Positions 20,846-29,333 are shown, counted from the stretch's first letter. The stretch: DNA of 64,000 nucleotides from Mycoplasmatota bacterium (GCA_018394315.1 CP074575.1:558001-622000), one strand, 5' to 3'. A program made the numbers and translations. Notes: generated by a model not told the origin, from the letters alone.

Positions 20846-21151
20846 TTAGTCCTTAATGACTGCAGGTTCTTTTATAAAATACCTAATTGCCAAGTATAGA
20901 ATTATTATTATTGTATTATGCATAAACCACTGACTAATTAGGCTCCCAAAGTTCGTAACAATCACATAAACAGCATTCCACCATATTTCTTCCCTTATTA
21001 TTTCAGCATAAAAATTAATATGGTCCGTGAAGAAAAATATTAACTTTGTAATAGTTAAAACATTTACGATAGTAAAATAAACAATTAGAAACCTTTTTAA
21101 ATGTCTTTCTGAAGACAAAAATGCTTTAAAAGAAGACTTGATTCTTTCCAT
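20846..21151 (-). CDS. Small membrane protein, array paralog family
   Basis: Two hydrophobic segments; resembles ORFs at 23768, 24134 and 24597. Confidence 0.75.
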   Translation of the reverse strand: MERIKSSFKAFLSSERHLKRFLIVYFTIVNVLTITKLIFFFTDHINFYAEIIREEIWWNAVYVIVTNFGSLISQWFMHNTIIIILYLAIRYFIKEPAVIKD

Positions 21152-21252
21152 ATAACCCTCCCGTTTGAATTCTATAAATAGTATATCACAACAGTACTGT
21201 CGAATAAAGGAAGAAAAAAATTCACTGTAAGTTCAGTGAATTATATGTATAA

Positions 21253-21266
21253 GGGATTTTCAATCC
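21253..21266 (+). repeat. Array site 7 (1 mismatch)
   Basis: tatgtataaGGGATTTTCAATCC; TTCACTG-taagtt-CAGTGAA hairpin at 21221-21240. Confidence 0.9.
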
Positions 21267-21274
21267 TTAGTAAT

Positions 21275-22012
21275 TTACATATACCATAGTAATTTATTAT
21301 CCATTTTCTTTCCGATTTTACTTTTTTGTTCGATAACTTTCCATTTATCATTTTCTTTTACGACTTTGTAAACCGCATTTGTTCCATCTGATTTCTTAAA
21401 AAGTATATACGCATTATTACCATTAATAAGAGTCACAGGATTTGTAAAATTCTTATATGGCGGTTTCAAATCAGGATTCAATACATTAACTACAATGTCT
21501 AAAGCAATATCACTGAGTGAAGAATATTCTTTATGTTTTTCAGCAAGGAATAATAATTGATCAAATGAGTATTTGCTATATGTGTCTAAATCTAAGTTAA
21601 ATGACTGCTTTATATCCTTGATTATTTCAGAAGAAAATTCCAATATTAATTTTTCATACTCATCACCTAGATGGTCGTATTCTAATAGCTCTACTCCAGA
21701 TGGACTAACACTAAAAGTTATTGTCTCTATACCATATGGTGGATTATGAGCATGTTCAAAGGTACGAACCTTTACTTCTACCTCAAAGCTATAACCACTC
21801 ACTCTTTTAATATCTAAATCGACACTATATAGCATTAGTTGTTTATTGTAACCATAGTAATTAGAAATTTCTTCTCTAATATATGGATAAAGTGTAGTTA
21901 TTAAAGTATCATATACATCCTTATATTTAGGTTCTTGGTTAGTAGCATTGGTCGTTATTTGTGTTGCTATTATACTTAATATTAAAACTAAGATTACAAT
22001 TATTTTTTTCAT
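21275..22012 (-). CDS. Secreted DUF3888-like protein (cassette cargo)
   Basis: Signal peptide; LYPYIREEISNYYG...VKVRTFEHAHNPPYGIETITF resembles DUF3888 (recalled, not searched). Confidence 0.65.
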   Translation of the reverse strand: MKKIIVILVLILSIIATQITTNATNQEPKYKDVYDTLITTLYPYIREEISNYYGYNKQLMLYSVDLDIKRVSGYSFEVEVKVRTFEHAHNPPYGIETITFSVSPSGVELLEYDHLGDEYEKLILEFSSEIIKDIKQSFNLDLDTYSKYSFDQLLFLAEKHKEYSSLSDIALDIVVNVLNPDLKPPYKNFTNPVTLINGNNAYILFKKSDGTNAVYKVVKENDKWKVIEQKSKIGKKMDNKLLWYM

Positions 22013-22140
22013 TATTAATCATCCTTAATGTATTTATTAATAGTATTTTTTACTTTGATAGAAAAAACAATTCATCCAATATTCACAAAATGTCCTTCAT
22101 AAAAAAAATTCACTAAATTTACAGTGAATTATCAGCACAA

Positions 22141-22154
22141 CGGATTTTCAATCC
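22141..22154 (+). repeat. Array site 8
   Basis: gcacaaCGGATTTTCAATCC; AATTCACT...AGTGAATT hairpin at 22107-22130. Confidence 0.93.
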
Positions 22155-22166
22155 CAATATTTATAC

Positions 22167-22409
22167 TTAGGAGTTTTTTTTATTAATGGCTTTTAACAAT
22201 TCAATAATAACACCGAGAGCAATTAGTAATATTCCGCTAATGAAACCTGAAAACCAAGTTGATAATGTTACGATAAAACTCTCAGAATACAAGCCTAATA
22301 ACATCCCACCAAAAAAGGTAATAATTAATATGCCATATCCACTGGAGTTTAATATTTTTTCAATGTTATGCTTTACCTTTTCTTCAAAATTTACATCCTT
22401 GTTTTCCAT
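22167..22409 (-). CDS. Small two-TM membrane protein (cassette cargo)
   Basis: AAGGATG RBS-like site; hydrophobic; C-terminal GILLIALGVIIELLKAI. Confidence 0.72.
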   Translation of the reverse strand: MENKDVNFEEKVKHNIEKILNSSGYGILIITFFGGMLLGLYSESFIVTLSTWFSGFISGILLIALGVIIELLKAINKKNS

Positions 22410-22514
22410 AATAAATCATCCTTTCTCCTAAAAAATAGTAAACACTATAAGTATTGTAACATGACACTTTTTTTTAAAAAGAATAACCACATAGCCACTG
22501 AATTACATGTATAA

Positions 22515-22528
22515 CGGATTTTCAATCC
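22515..22528 (+). repeat. Array site 9
   Basis: catgtataaCGGATTTTCAATCC. Confidence 0.93.
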
Positions 22529-22564
22529 TATGCTATGCAATGTTTATCTGATAATCACACTCAG

Positions 22565-23176
22565 TTATTGATTCACTTCATAGTTTGAATCAACTAATAT
22601 CATGTAATCTTTATCATTCCTAAATCTTTTTTTCATAAATTTAATAAGTTCTTGTGTCCAACCTTCTTTTTCAGCCATGTCATCAATTTGAGCAACTGAA
22701 AACAAATAACGCATAACTCCATTCTCTAAGACTACTTCAAGTGCAGATGATGAAACAACTTCATAATCAGCTGGATCAAATGGAGTTTCTGTACAATCTT
22801 TAGCTATCACTTTATTATCTTTCACTGCAGTTATACAGTAAAAATTATACTGAGATCTTGCGTTATGTATAAAATTAATAATATAATTATGTGGCCACAT
22901 ACTATCATTAGTCCTGCTTGACCCATAATAAAAATAATATGTCACCTTGGTATCCTCTAGAGTCATAAAGGGATTATCATCTTCTAAATAAACAGTATTA
23001 ATAGAAACTCTCCTATATAAATCATAACTCTCAGTATCAAAATTTGATATATCATCAAAATTGGTATACTCTCTCCACATAGACTTTCCACCAGTAAATA
23101 ATGAGGGACACAGTAAAAAAATAATAGTTGTTAAAGTAAGTAAAATTCCTAAACCTAAAAGTAATACTTTTTTCAT
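22565..23176 (-). CDS. Hypothetical exported protein (cassette cargo)
   Basis: AGGAG RBS, MKKVLLLGLGILL signal/anchor. Confidence 0.72.
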   Translation of the reverse strand: MKKVLLLGLGILLTLTTIIFLLCPSLFTGGKSMWREYTNFDDISNFDTESYDLYRRVSINTVYLEDDNPFMTLEDTKVTYYFYYGSSRTNDSMWPHNYIINFIHNARSQYNFYCITAVKDNKVIAKDCTETPFDPADYEVVSSSALEVVLENGVMRYLFSVAQIDDMAEKEGWTQELIKFMKKRFRNDKDYMILVDSNYEVNQ

Positions 23177-23260
23177 GTACTCACTCTCCTTAATGACATT
23201 CTTGAAATAGTATACCATAAGTAGATAAAAACACCTATCAAAAGGTGCCTGATTGACATA

Positions 23261-23274
23261 CGGATTTTCAATCC
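23261..23274 (+). repeat. Array site 10
   Basis: gacataCGGATTTTCAATCC; CACCT-atcaaa-AGGTG hairpin to the left. Confidence 0.93.
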
Positions 23275-23294
23275 TATTACTATTCTTACTTAGT

Positions 23295-23639
23295 TTACTC
23301 CTTCAATTTTTTTTTTAGCAAGGTAAGAAAGATTATTACTGCCGGTGCTATACTGAAGATTATTCTATAATCAAGGATATTAAAATAGAAAAGTACAGCA
23401 GAAAGAACAATTAATGATATTTCTAACCTTTGTTGAAGAATCTCAAATTTAAGTCTATTAACGCTCATACTATCTAGTTGTTCTGTTTTCCAATAGCCTT
23501 TTTTATATATAAAAAATATCCAACTTACAATTAAAAACATTATAGTGAATGATCCTAATTTAGGTGCATTTAATATAATAATAATTGAAACTATATTAAG
23601 GAAAATAAAATCCAATATCCTAACAACTTTCTCATTCAT
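23295..23639 (-). CDS. Hypothetical membrane protein (cassette cargo)
   Basis: GGGGGTG RBS, four hydrophobic segments. Confidence 0.7.
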   Translation of the reverse strand: MNEKVVRILDFIFLNIVSIIIILNAPKLGSFTIMFLIVSWIFFIYKKGYWKTEQLDSMSVNRLKFEILQQRLEISLIVLSAVLFYFNILDYRIIFSIAPAVIIFLTLLKKKLKE

Positions 23640-23727
23640 AATGTTCACCCCCTGTATTCTATTAACAGTAAACATATTCAAAGAATAACACATATAAAGG
23701 TGTTATTGTCATAATTCTAGAGACACA

Positions 23728-23741
23728 CGGTTTTTTAATCC
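23728..23741 (+). repeat. Array site 11 (2 mismatches)
   Basis: gacacaCGGTTTTTTAATCC; AATAACAC...GTGTTATT hairpin to the left. Confidence 0.85.
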
Positions 23742-23767
23742 TAATCGCAATAACCACTTTTATCCTA

Positions 23768-24052
23768 TTAATCTTTGTTCCACAAAGTCAATCTAATAGA
23801 AATAAGTAAATAGACACCTATAATAGTAAATACATGTTTTATCCACGCAGATAGTAAGCCAGTAGTTGAAACTAGTAAACCATAGACTAGTACATCACTC
23901 ATATGACCTATTGATAACAATCCTTCTACAATAAAAGAAATAAAAAGCACTAGGTAGATAATGTTAATTAACCAAAAATAAATCCAGATTAACTTTATTA
24001 ATTTATGATTTGATTCTAAGAAACTAAAAAAATTTTCTCTTGCTCTTTCCAT
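23768..24052 (-). CDS. Small membrane protein, array paralog family
   Basis: GAGGAGG RBS; MERARENFFSFLESN...SAWIKHVFTIIGVYLLISIR. Confidence 0.78.
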   Translation of the reverse strand: MERARENFFSFLESNHKLIKLIWIYFWLINIIYLVLFISFIVEGLLSIGHMSDVLVYGLLVSTTGLLSAWIKHVFTIIGVYLLISIRLTLWNKD

Positions 24053-24094
24053 AGAATACCTCCTCAATAAATAAAACAAATAATTATTAAAACA

Positions 24095-24108
24095 TAGTTC
24101 GTCAATCC
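24095..24108 (+). repeat. Degenerate array site between two paralogs
   Basis: aacaTAGTTCGTCAATCC at the expected position, about 25 bp from the stop of the 24134 gene. Confidence 0.5.
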
Positions 24109-24133
24109 TAATTAGCAATAAAATTTTTTTTTA

Positions 24134-24409
24134 TTAATCTTTGTTCTTTAAATTGATTCTAATAGATATTAGTAAATAAACACCTATGATAGTTAACATA
24201 TGCTTTATCCATGCCGATAAAAAAGCTAGTATTGAATGTGCTAATTGATGACCTAAAAGAGAATCCCAAGATGAAAATCTTGCGATAAAAGAAAGAACAA
24301 AAAGTGCTAAGTATATAATAGTAATTACCAAGAAATAAATCCATACTAGTTTCAACAATTTTTCATTTGATTCCACCACGCTAAATATATACTCCTTTAC
24401 TCTTTTCAC
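24134..24409 (-). CDS. Small membrane protein, array paralog family
   Basis: GGAGTG RBS and GTG start; SAWIKHMLTIIGVYLLISIR nearly identical to the neighbouring paralog. Confidence 0.78.
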   Translation of the reverse strand: MKRVKEYIFSVVESNEKLLKLVWIYFLVITIIYLALFVLSFIARFSSWDSLLGHQLAHSILAFLSAWIKHMLTIIGVYLLISIRINLKNKD

Positions 24410-24504
24410 AAAATCACTCCCATAAATTAAGCATTCTATAAACAGTATATCATATGAAAATCATAACACCTATATAAGGTGTTATTCTATTATCTAACGA
24501 TACA

Positions 24505-24518
24505 CGGCTTTTCAATCC
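24505..24518 (+). repeat. Array site 12 (1 mismatch)
   Basis: gatacaCGGCTTTTCAATCC; ATAACACCT-atat-AAGGTGTTAT hairpin to the left. Confidence 0.9.
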
Positions 24519-24533
24519 TTAGTTATCTATACT

Positions 24534-24562
24534 TTGACTACTCCAAGTTCAAATGATACTAT
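24534..24562 (+). promoter_or_regulatory. Sigma-A-like promoter of the inverted cassette gene
   Basis: TTGACT-17 bp-TACTAT with TG upstream of the -10. Confidence 0.55.
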
Positions 24563-24596
24563 TAGAATATATATGTAAACAGAAGGGAGTTAATAA

Positions 24597-24896
24597 ATGA
24601 TGAAGTATATAATCAAGATACTTGAATCAAATGAAATTATGAAAAAAGTATTATTGTTCTATGTATTGCTTTTTCTAATGTTTTCAGCTTGGTATATTAT
24701 ACATCATTTCAGAGAATACCAAATTGTAATAGAACAAATAAATTCAAGTCCTTATAATAGTTCTCTGAGTAACCTTAATTATCATTACAAATACGATATC
24801 ATTTTGCCTCACATTAAAACATGGATATTAAATATCTTTGGTATTATAGTTGTTTACTTACTTATATCAATTAGGGAAAAGCTTAAAACAATATAA
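24597..24896 (+). CDS. Small membrane protein, distant array paralog, inverted orientation
   Basis: ILESNEIMKK and IIVVYLLISIR shared with the family; GGGAG RBS. Confidence 0.75.
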   Translation: MMKYIIKILESNEIMKKVLLFYVLLFLMFSAWYIIHHFREYQIVIEQINSSPYNSSLSNLNYHYKYDIILPHIKTWILNIFGIIVVYLLISIREKLKTI

Positions 24897-24901
24897 ATTA
24901 G

Positions 24902-24928
24902 AAATCTCCTTTGTACAGGAGATTTTTT
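24902..24928 (+). terminator. Terminator of the inverted cassette gene
   Basis: AAATCTCCT-ttgtac-AGGAGATTTTTT. Confidence 0.75.
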
Positions 24929-24937
24929 ATTAACACA

Positions 24938-24951
24938 CGGATTTTCAATCC
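24938..24951 (+). repeat. Array site 13
   Basis: aacacaCGGATTTTCAATCC. Confidence 0.93.
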
Positions 24952-25216
24952 CATGTTAGGAATAAAAACTTCAAATCTGTGTATAAAATATTTCAGGTGT
25001 TGAGGTGATGCATATGTATAAAAAAAGGACAAGTGTTCAAGAAGAACATCTAGTCCATCAGTAAAGAAATTTAGATGATTAAACAGTTATTTTATATTTC
25101 TAAAATATTATTTCTCAAAGAAACTTTCATATCCATAATCTAAATTAATAATCTTAACTTATATTATTACAACAGAACCAAGAAAAGTTGGTTCATACCA
25201 TTTTCGTTATCCTTTC

Positions 25217-25735
25217 TTATTCTTTACATCTCTCTGTTTCATAACTAAAGCCACGAGTTACTTCAGTTGTTACGCTTCTTAAAATCAATGATAGTAGCTC
25301 CTCATCATAGCTTTCAATAACAAATGATTCAGGAGAAGTTGAAACCATATGAATAGAATCATGTTCGACATTAAAATATACATAAACTCTTCTTAGACTA
25401 GAATTATATATAACATCCACTCTTATATCATATGGATTATATCCAATACGTTTTACAATTGAATTATCAAAATCTACAATGAGTGATTCTAAGAAATCCT
25501 CTACAATTCCTTTAAGTTCATAATTATATAAATTTGGATCATCAATATCTTCATTCGGTGAAACACATTCATTCATTATTACTGATTTTGAAACTTCGGG
25601 GTAATCTATAGTTACTGCAAGTATTTCCATACTCGAAAGATCTTTTATTGGATTATTGTCGTTTGAGTTTGCTTTGTACCCAATATAGACAAGTATCAAA
25701 ATTAACAATAAAGAAATCTTTAAGTTTTTTTTCAT
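25217..25735 (-). CDS. Hypothetical exported protein (cassette cargo)
   Basis: GAGG RBS, MKKNLKISLLLILILV anchor. Confidence 0.7.
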   Translation of the reverse strand: MKKNLKISLLLILILVYIGYKANSNDNNPIKDLSSMEILAVTIDYPEVSKSVIMNECVSPNEDIDDPNLYNYELKGIVEDFLESLIVDFDNSIVKRIGYNPYDIRVDVIYNSSLRRVYVYFNVEHDSIHMVSTSPESFVIESYDEELLSLILRSVTTEVTRGFSYETERCKE

Positions 25736-25869
25736 TATAGTCCTCACCTTTATAAAAGTTTATCCCCTTATGTGTCATTATAGCATAAAATAGTATTTAA
25801 CTTGATTAAATCTATGATAAAGTAAAGGAAGAAAAAATTCACTGTAAATACAGTGAACTATATGTATAA

Positions 25870-25883
25870 CGGATTTTCAATCC
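25870..25883 (+). repeat. Array site 14
   Basis: tatgtataaCGGATTTTCAATCC; TTCACTGT-aaat-ACAGTGAA hairpin to the left. Confidence 0.93.
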
Positions 25884-26158
25884 TATGCATTGCTACTAAT
25901 ATGAAAAAAATGTAGTAGTCATTATGATGCTATTTTAAGTCTTTTTCCTTACAAAGCTAAAGAACACAGAAACTTAGGAGTGAACAACTTACTAAACACT
26001 TTTAACAGTAAAAGAAAAAGACCTCCTACACTAAACAGAAGAAGATGAGAAATCTACATTACATTAGTTTATACATAAAAATTCGACAAGAGAAATTCAA
26101 CTTAACTGCTACGATAAAGGAAACCTTAGTAGTGGACAAAATTAGAAGGAGTATATAA

Positions 26159-26608
26159 ATGAGAAAATTCTTTATAATCGTTGTTGTAGGAGGAATCACT
26201 TTATATTTATTTTCTTATCTTATTTTTACTAATTATAATATATCAAATGATAATATACCTAAAAGAATTCCGTTTGAAGATGTAGAGAAAATTACTATAG
26301 TAGATTATTATGCTTACTCCAACGGTACACGAATTTATAGAGTAGAACCATCGCAAACAGATGAACTGATAAAATATCTCAAGAAACTAAAATACCCTCT
26401 TTCGTATGTGGAAGCAGGTACAGCAATAATAAGTCGGTTCCAAGTAAGATTAGATATTGGAGAAAAACATGATATACTTTTCGATCCTGTTTCAGGATTC
26501 ATACAATATCGAAATAAAAACTTGGAAGGGAAAAATTTTTACTATGCTAATTTTGATAGAGAAAAATACGATCTGCTAATTAAGGAGATTATAAATAAGG
26601 TGGAATAA
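26159..26608 (+). CDS. Hypothetical exported protein
   Basis: AAGGAG RBS; N-terminal hydrophobic anchor. Confidence 0.72.
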   Translation: MRKFFIIVVVGGITLYLFSYLIFTNYNISNDNIPKRIPFEDVEKITIVDYYAYSNGTRIYRVEPSQTDELIKYLKKLKYPLSYVEAGTAIISRFQVRLDIGEKHDILFDPVSGFIQYRNKNLEGKNFYYANFDREKYDLLIKEIINKVE

Positions 26609-26695
26609 AATGAAAAGAATGTTTTAATGATATTTACACTTCTTACATTCACCCCTCATTATTATGCATCGGGATAGTACTAAAACATTTTACAA

Positions 26696-27253
26696 CTATT
26701 TTAAGTTAAAATACTTCTTAATTCGTCTTGCTGTATCTATTGCTGATAAATTTGAATTGTCAATTCTAATATAATTTTGATAAGGGATCTCTTTTTCGTT
26801 GGACACAAGTCTATACTTATTCATTGAACTTATCAATTCTTTACTAGACCATTCAGTATTCCTTTTGGTCCATTTTTTATTTAATCGATTATCAGTAATA
26901 TTTCTTGCAAGTCTAGTCTCAACGTCCGCGTTAAGCTCAACAAAATGAATCTTGTGATTTTCAAAAATAGCACATATATGCTTAATATAATCCCAGTCTG
27001 ATTTCATGTCGAATGCCCAAACAAATGTAAATATCATTCCTTTTTGGTTGCTTTTGGACATTTTGATCATTATTTCGTCTCTAAATAGTCTTATTAATTC
27101 TTGAGCTTCCTTTGTTTCATAATCAAATATTTTAAGGACAAGATCAATCGTCATGTGATTATGAAATAATTTTAGTCCGGTTAGTTTACTTAACTCTTCT
27201 CCTACGGTCATTTTGCCTACCGCTTGAGGTCCAAATATTATTACCAAATCCAT
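26696..27253 (-). CDS. P-loop nucleotide-kinase-like (shikimate kinase-like / AAA) protein
   Basis: IIFGPQAVGKMTVG Walker A, LFHNHMTID. Confidence 0.8.
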   Translation of the reverse strand: MDLVIIFGPQAVGKMTVGEELSKLTGLKLFHNHMTIDLVLKIFDYETKEAQELIRLFRDEIMIKMSKSNQKGMIFTFVWAFDMKSDWDYIKHICAIFENHKIHFVELNADVETRLARNITDNRLNKKWTKRNTEWSSKELISSMNKYRLVSNEKEIPYQNYIRIDNSNLSAIDTARRIKKYFNLK

Positions 27254-27399
27254 CTCATCACATCCTTATTTAATCACAATTGTAATTGATTAAGAGGTTT
27301 ATGTCAATGAATCATAAGACAAACTAGCTTCACTTACTAAAGAAAACACCAATTTTCAAATTAGTGTCTTAATATACATTTTTTTCTTTTAGCAACATA

Positions 27400-27413
27400 A
27401 GATCTTTCAATCC
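27400..27413 (+). repeat. Degenerate array site
   Basis: acataAGATCTTTCAATCC, 9 bp from the stop of the 27423 gene; AAAACACC..TAGTGT hairpin remnant to the left. Confidence 0.6.
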
Positions 27414-27422
27414 GCAAACAGA

Positions 27423-28154
27423 TTATTTATTATTAAGTATCTGTTGATAATCACTAACAATATCTTTAATGTTTTGACTTTGTCCTTCTAGTGGTTTATT
27501 AATATCGTAACCACTTAGCTCGACTGATTTATAACTATAATAGAAGTTACCATCCTGATTTCTCGGATCAGTATTTCTTTCAGCCTCTTCGCTATCTACA
27601 AACCCTCCCAAAAACAAGTATACTTCATCAACCAAAATTTCCTTATCCTCAAGACATAGATCTGATACGTATACACCTGGATATTCAACACTTCGAGGTA
27701 TTTGCAACTCATTACTTAGTTTAGAATCACCTAATAAATCATTAATAAATGTAATTGAATACCTATACTTATCTATCAGTGGGCTATGATCTTCATTAAG
27801 TATGCTAAATTCCCTAATTTCTTTTAATTCATCTACTCTAGCTATAAAAATATTTTCACTCCATCCAACAACTGCCACATTATCTTCAAGACTAAATGCG
27901 CAATCACCATGCAATCCTAATCCAACATATTTTAAATATAGTGGGGTTGCGTTAATATATAATCCGGTAGTTAAAATTGTCAGTAGAAGTATATATACAT
28001 ATTGTAAGCGAAATTTTTTTTTATGTAGTAGTGTATCTCCAAATGATTTTTGTTTCTTTATAATGTCGTTTTCAAGTTTAACTCTTCTATATGTTAGATA
28101 ACTCATTATAATTATAACAGTAATCAGTAAAATCAATAAATATTTAATAATCAT
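27423..28154 (-). CDS. Hypothetical membrane-anchored protein, coupled to the LytTR gene
   Basis: Two N-terminal TM segments; starts 1 nt after the LytTR gene stop. Confidence 0.72.
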   Translation of the reverse strand: MIIKYLLILLITVIIIMSYLTYRRVKLENDIIKKQKSFGDTLLHKKKFRLQYVYILLLTILTTGLYINATPLYLKYVGLGLHGDCAFSLEDNVAVVGWSENIFIARVDELKEIREFSILNEDHSPLIDKYRYSITFINDLLGDSKLSNELQIPRSVEYPGVYVSDLCLEDKEILVDEVYLFLGGFVDSEEAERNTDPRNQDGNFYYSYKSVELSGYDINKPLEGQSQNIKDIVSDYQQILNNK

Positions 28155-28155
28155 T

Positions 28156-28488
28156 CTACTCTACCCCTTTTCTAATATATTTTTTAAACTGTTTAATGTA
28201 AGTTCTATTAACATATAAACTTATATCATTAACAACCTTCAATTTAATTCTAGAATTCCATTGTTGACTCACGCCTATTATCTTTGTAATGTTTATAATA
28301 TGTGATTTACTGATCTGTATAAATTTTGAGTCAGCAAGTGTTTTTTCAAGCTCGTATAGCTTAAAATCAGTTTTTAATTTTCCAAAAGAACCAACTAAAA
28401 AAACATCATTATTATCGGATTCAAAATATATGACATCATCTGCTTCAACTTCGTGTGATCCTCTATGTTTTTTACCTACAATGATCAT
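28156..28488 (-). CDS. Stand-alone LytTR DNA-binding domain protein
   Basis: DVIYFES, KLYELEKTL, FIQISKSHIINI, VNRTYIKQFK. Confidence 0.85.
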   Translation of the reverse strand: MIIVGKKHRGSHEVEADDVIYFESDNNDVFLVGSFGKLKTDFKLYELEKTLADSKFIQISKSHIINITKIIGVSQQWNSRIKLKVVNDISLYVNRTYIKQFKKYIRKGVE

Positions 28489-28778
28489 AAAATTCCTCCC
28501 ACTCACTTACTTATAATTAACTGTAAATATTATTTTAAAACATTATATGTATCTTTGATGATTAATAACAATCTTATTAACTAACATTATTCTACTAATA
28601 CTAAAATAGAAATACTACTATTTGATGGTATCTTACATCAAAAATATTCTCCAAAGAAAGGAAGTAGATAAATATCTACTCCCTCTATATATTAATATTC
28701 ACATGTTTTAGGTCAAATAGACTCACAGGGATTAAAAACAAAAAGTCTATGATAAGTCTTTCGCTTCATTTACTCTTG

Positions 28779-29249
28779 TCAAGAGAGTATCGTTATTAAT
28801 CGAAAGATTTGAAACAAAAAGAAAGCAATTGATATTATAAGTATAGATTTTCTGACATTTTTCTTATTACTATTTATTTTAGGGATAATCAAATAAGCAA
28901 ACATAACAAAAGATGGTATTAATATAAGGAACAATAAGATATTAGTAACTGTAAAATTAACTGTATTTGAGACTTCTCCGAACTCTAATAGAAAGCGACA
29001 GCCCATTCCAATTGCTGTTGTAAATAGTGTTAATAAAAACACTTTAATATAACTTTTTTTTAACAAACCCGTAAAAATTAATGAAATAAATGAATAACCA
29101 ATAATGATTGTAAACATATATGAATAGTCATCGGGTTTCGTAAGTATTCTAAAGGGGAACATAAAAGTACCATTAAACACTAAATATACCAATGTTATAA
29201 ACCAAAATAATTTTTCTTTTTTTCTAATTGACTCATATAAATTATCCAT
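28779..29249 (-). CDS. Hypothetical membrane protein
   Basis: AAGGAAG RBS; multiple TM segments; GCRFLLEFGEVS motif. Confidence 0.7.
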   Translation of the reverse strand: MDNLYESIRKKEKLFWFITLVYLVFNGTFMFPFRILTKPDDYSYMFTIIIGYSFISLIFTGLLKKSYIKVFLLTLFTTAIGMGCRFLLEFGEVSNTVNFTVTNILLFLILIPSFVMFAYLIIPKINSNKKNVRKSILIISIAFFLFQIFRLITILS

Positions 29250-29319
29250 TATTATTTCTTCCTTTCACCGAATACAAATTGCTACTTATCGTTCATCCAG
29301 AAAATCAATTATTAAAACA

Positions 29320-29333
29320 AAGATTTTCAAACT
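29320..29333 (+). repeat. Possible highly degenerate array site
   Basis: AAGATTTTCAAACT (10/14 to consensus), preceded by AATTATTAAAACA as at the 24095 copy. Confidence 0.35.

Noticed and set aside
18076..25883. CRISPR array (minus-strand GGATTGAAA resembles the 3' end of type I-C repeats)
   Set aside because: The repeat is only 14-20 bp, the intervals are 170-930 bp and contain whole genes, and there are no cas genes in the window.
18070..25883. Intact tRNA-Phe genes
   Set aside because: Only the anticodon arm and variable-loop-like part is present; no D-arm, T-arm or acceptor stem at any copy.
18076..27413. Classical integron attC sites
   Set aside because: No RYYYAAC...GTTRRRY bounded long imperfect hairpin found by eye around the sites, and no intI in the window.
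28729..28740. GGATTAAAAACA as an inverted degenerate array site
   Set aside because: Weak match in AT-rich DNA and opposite orientation to all supported copies.
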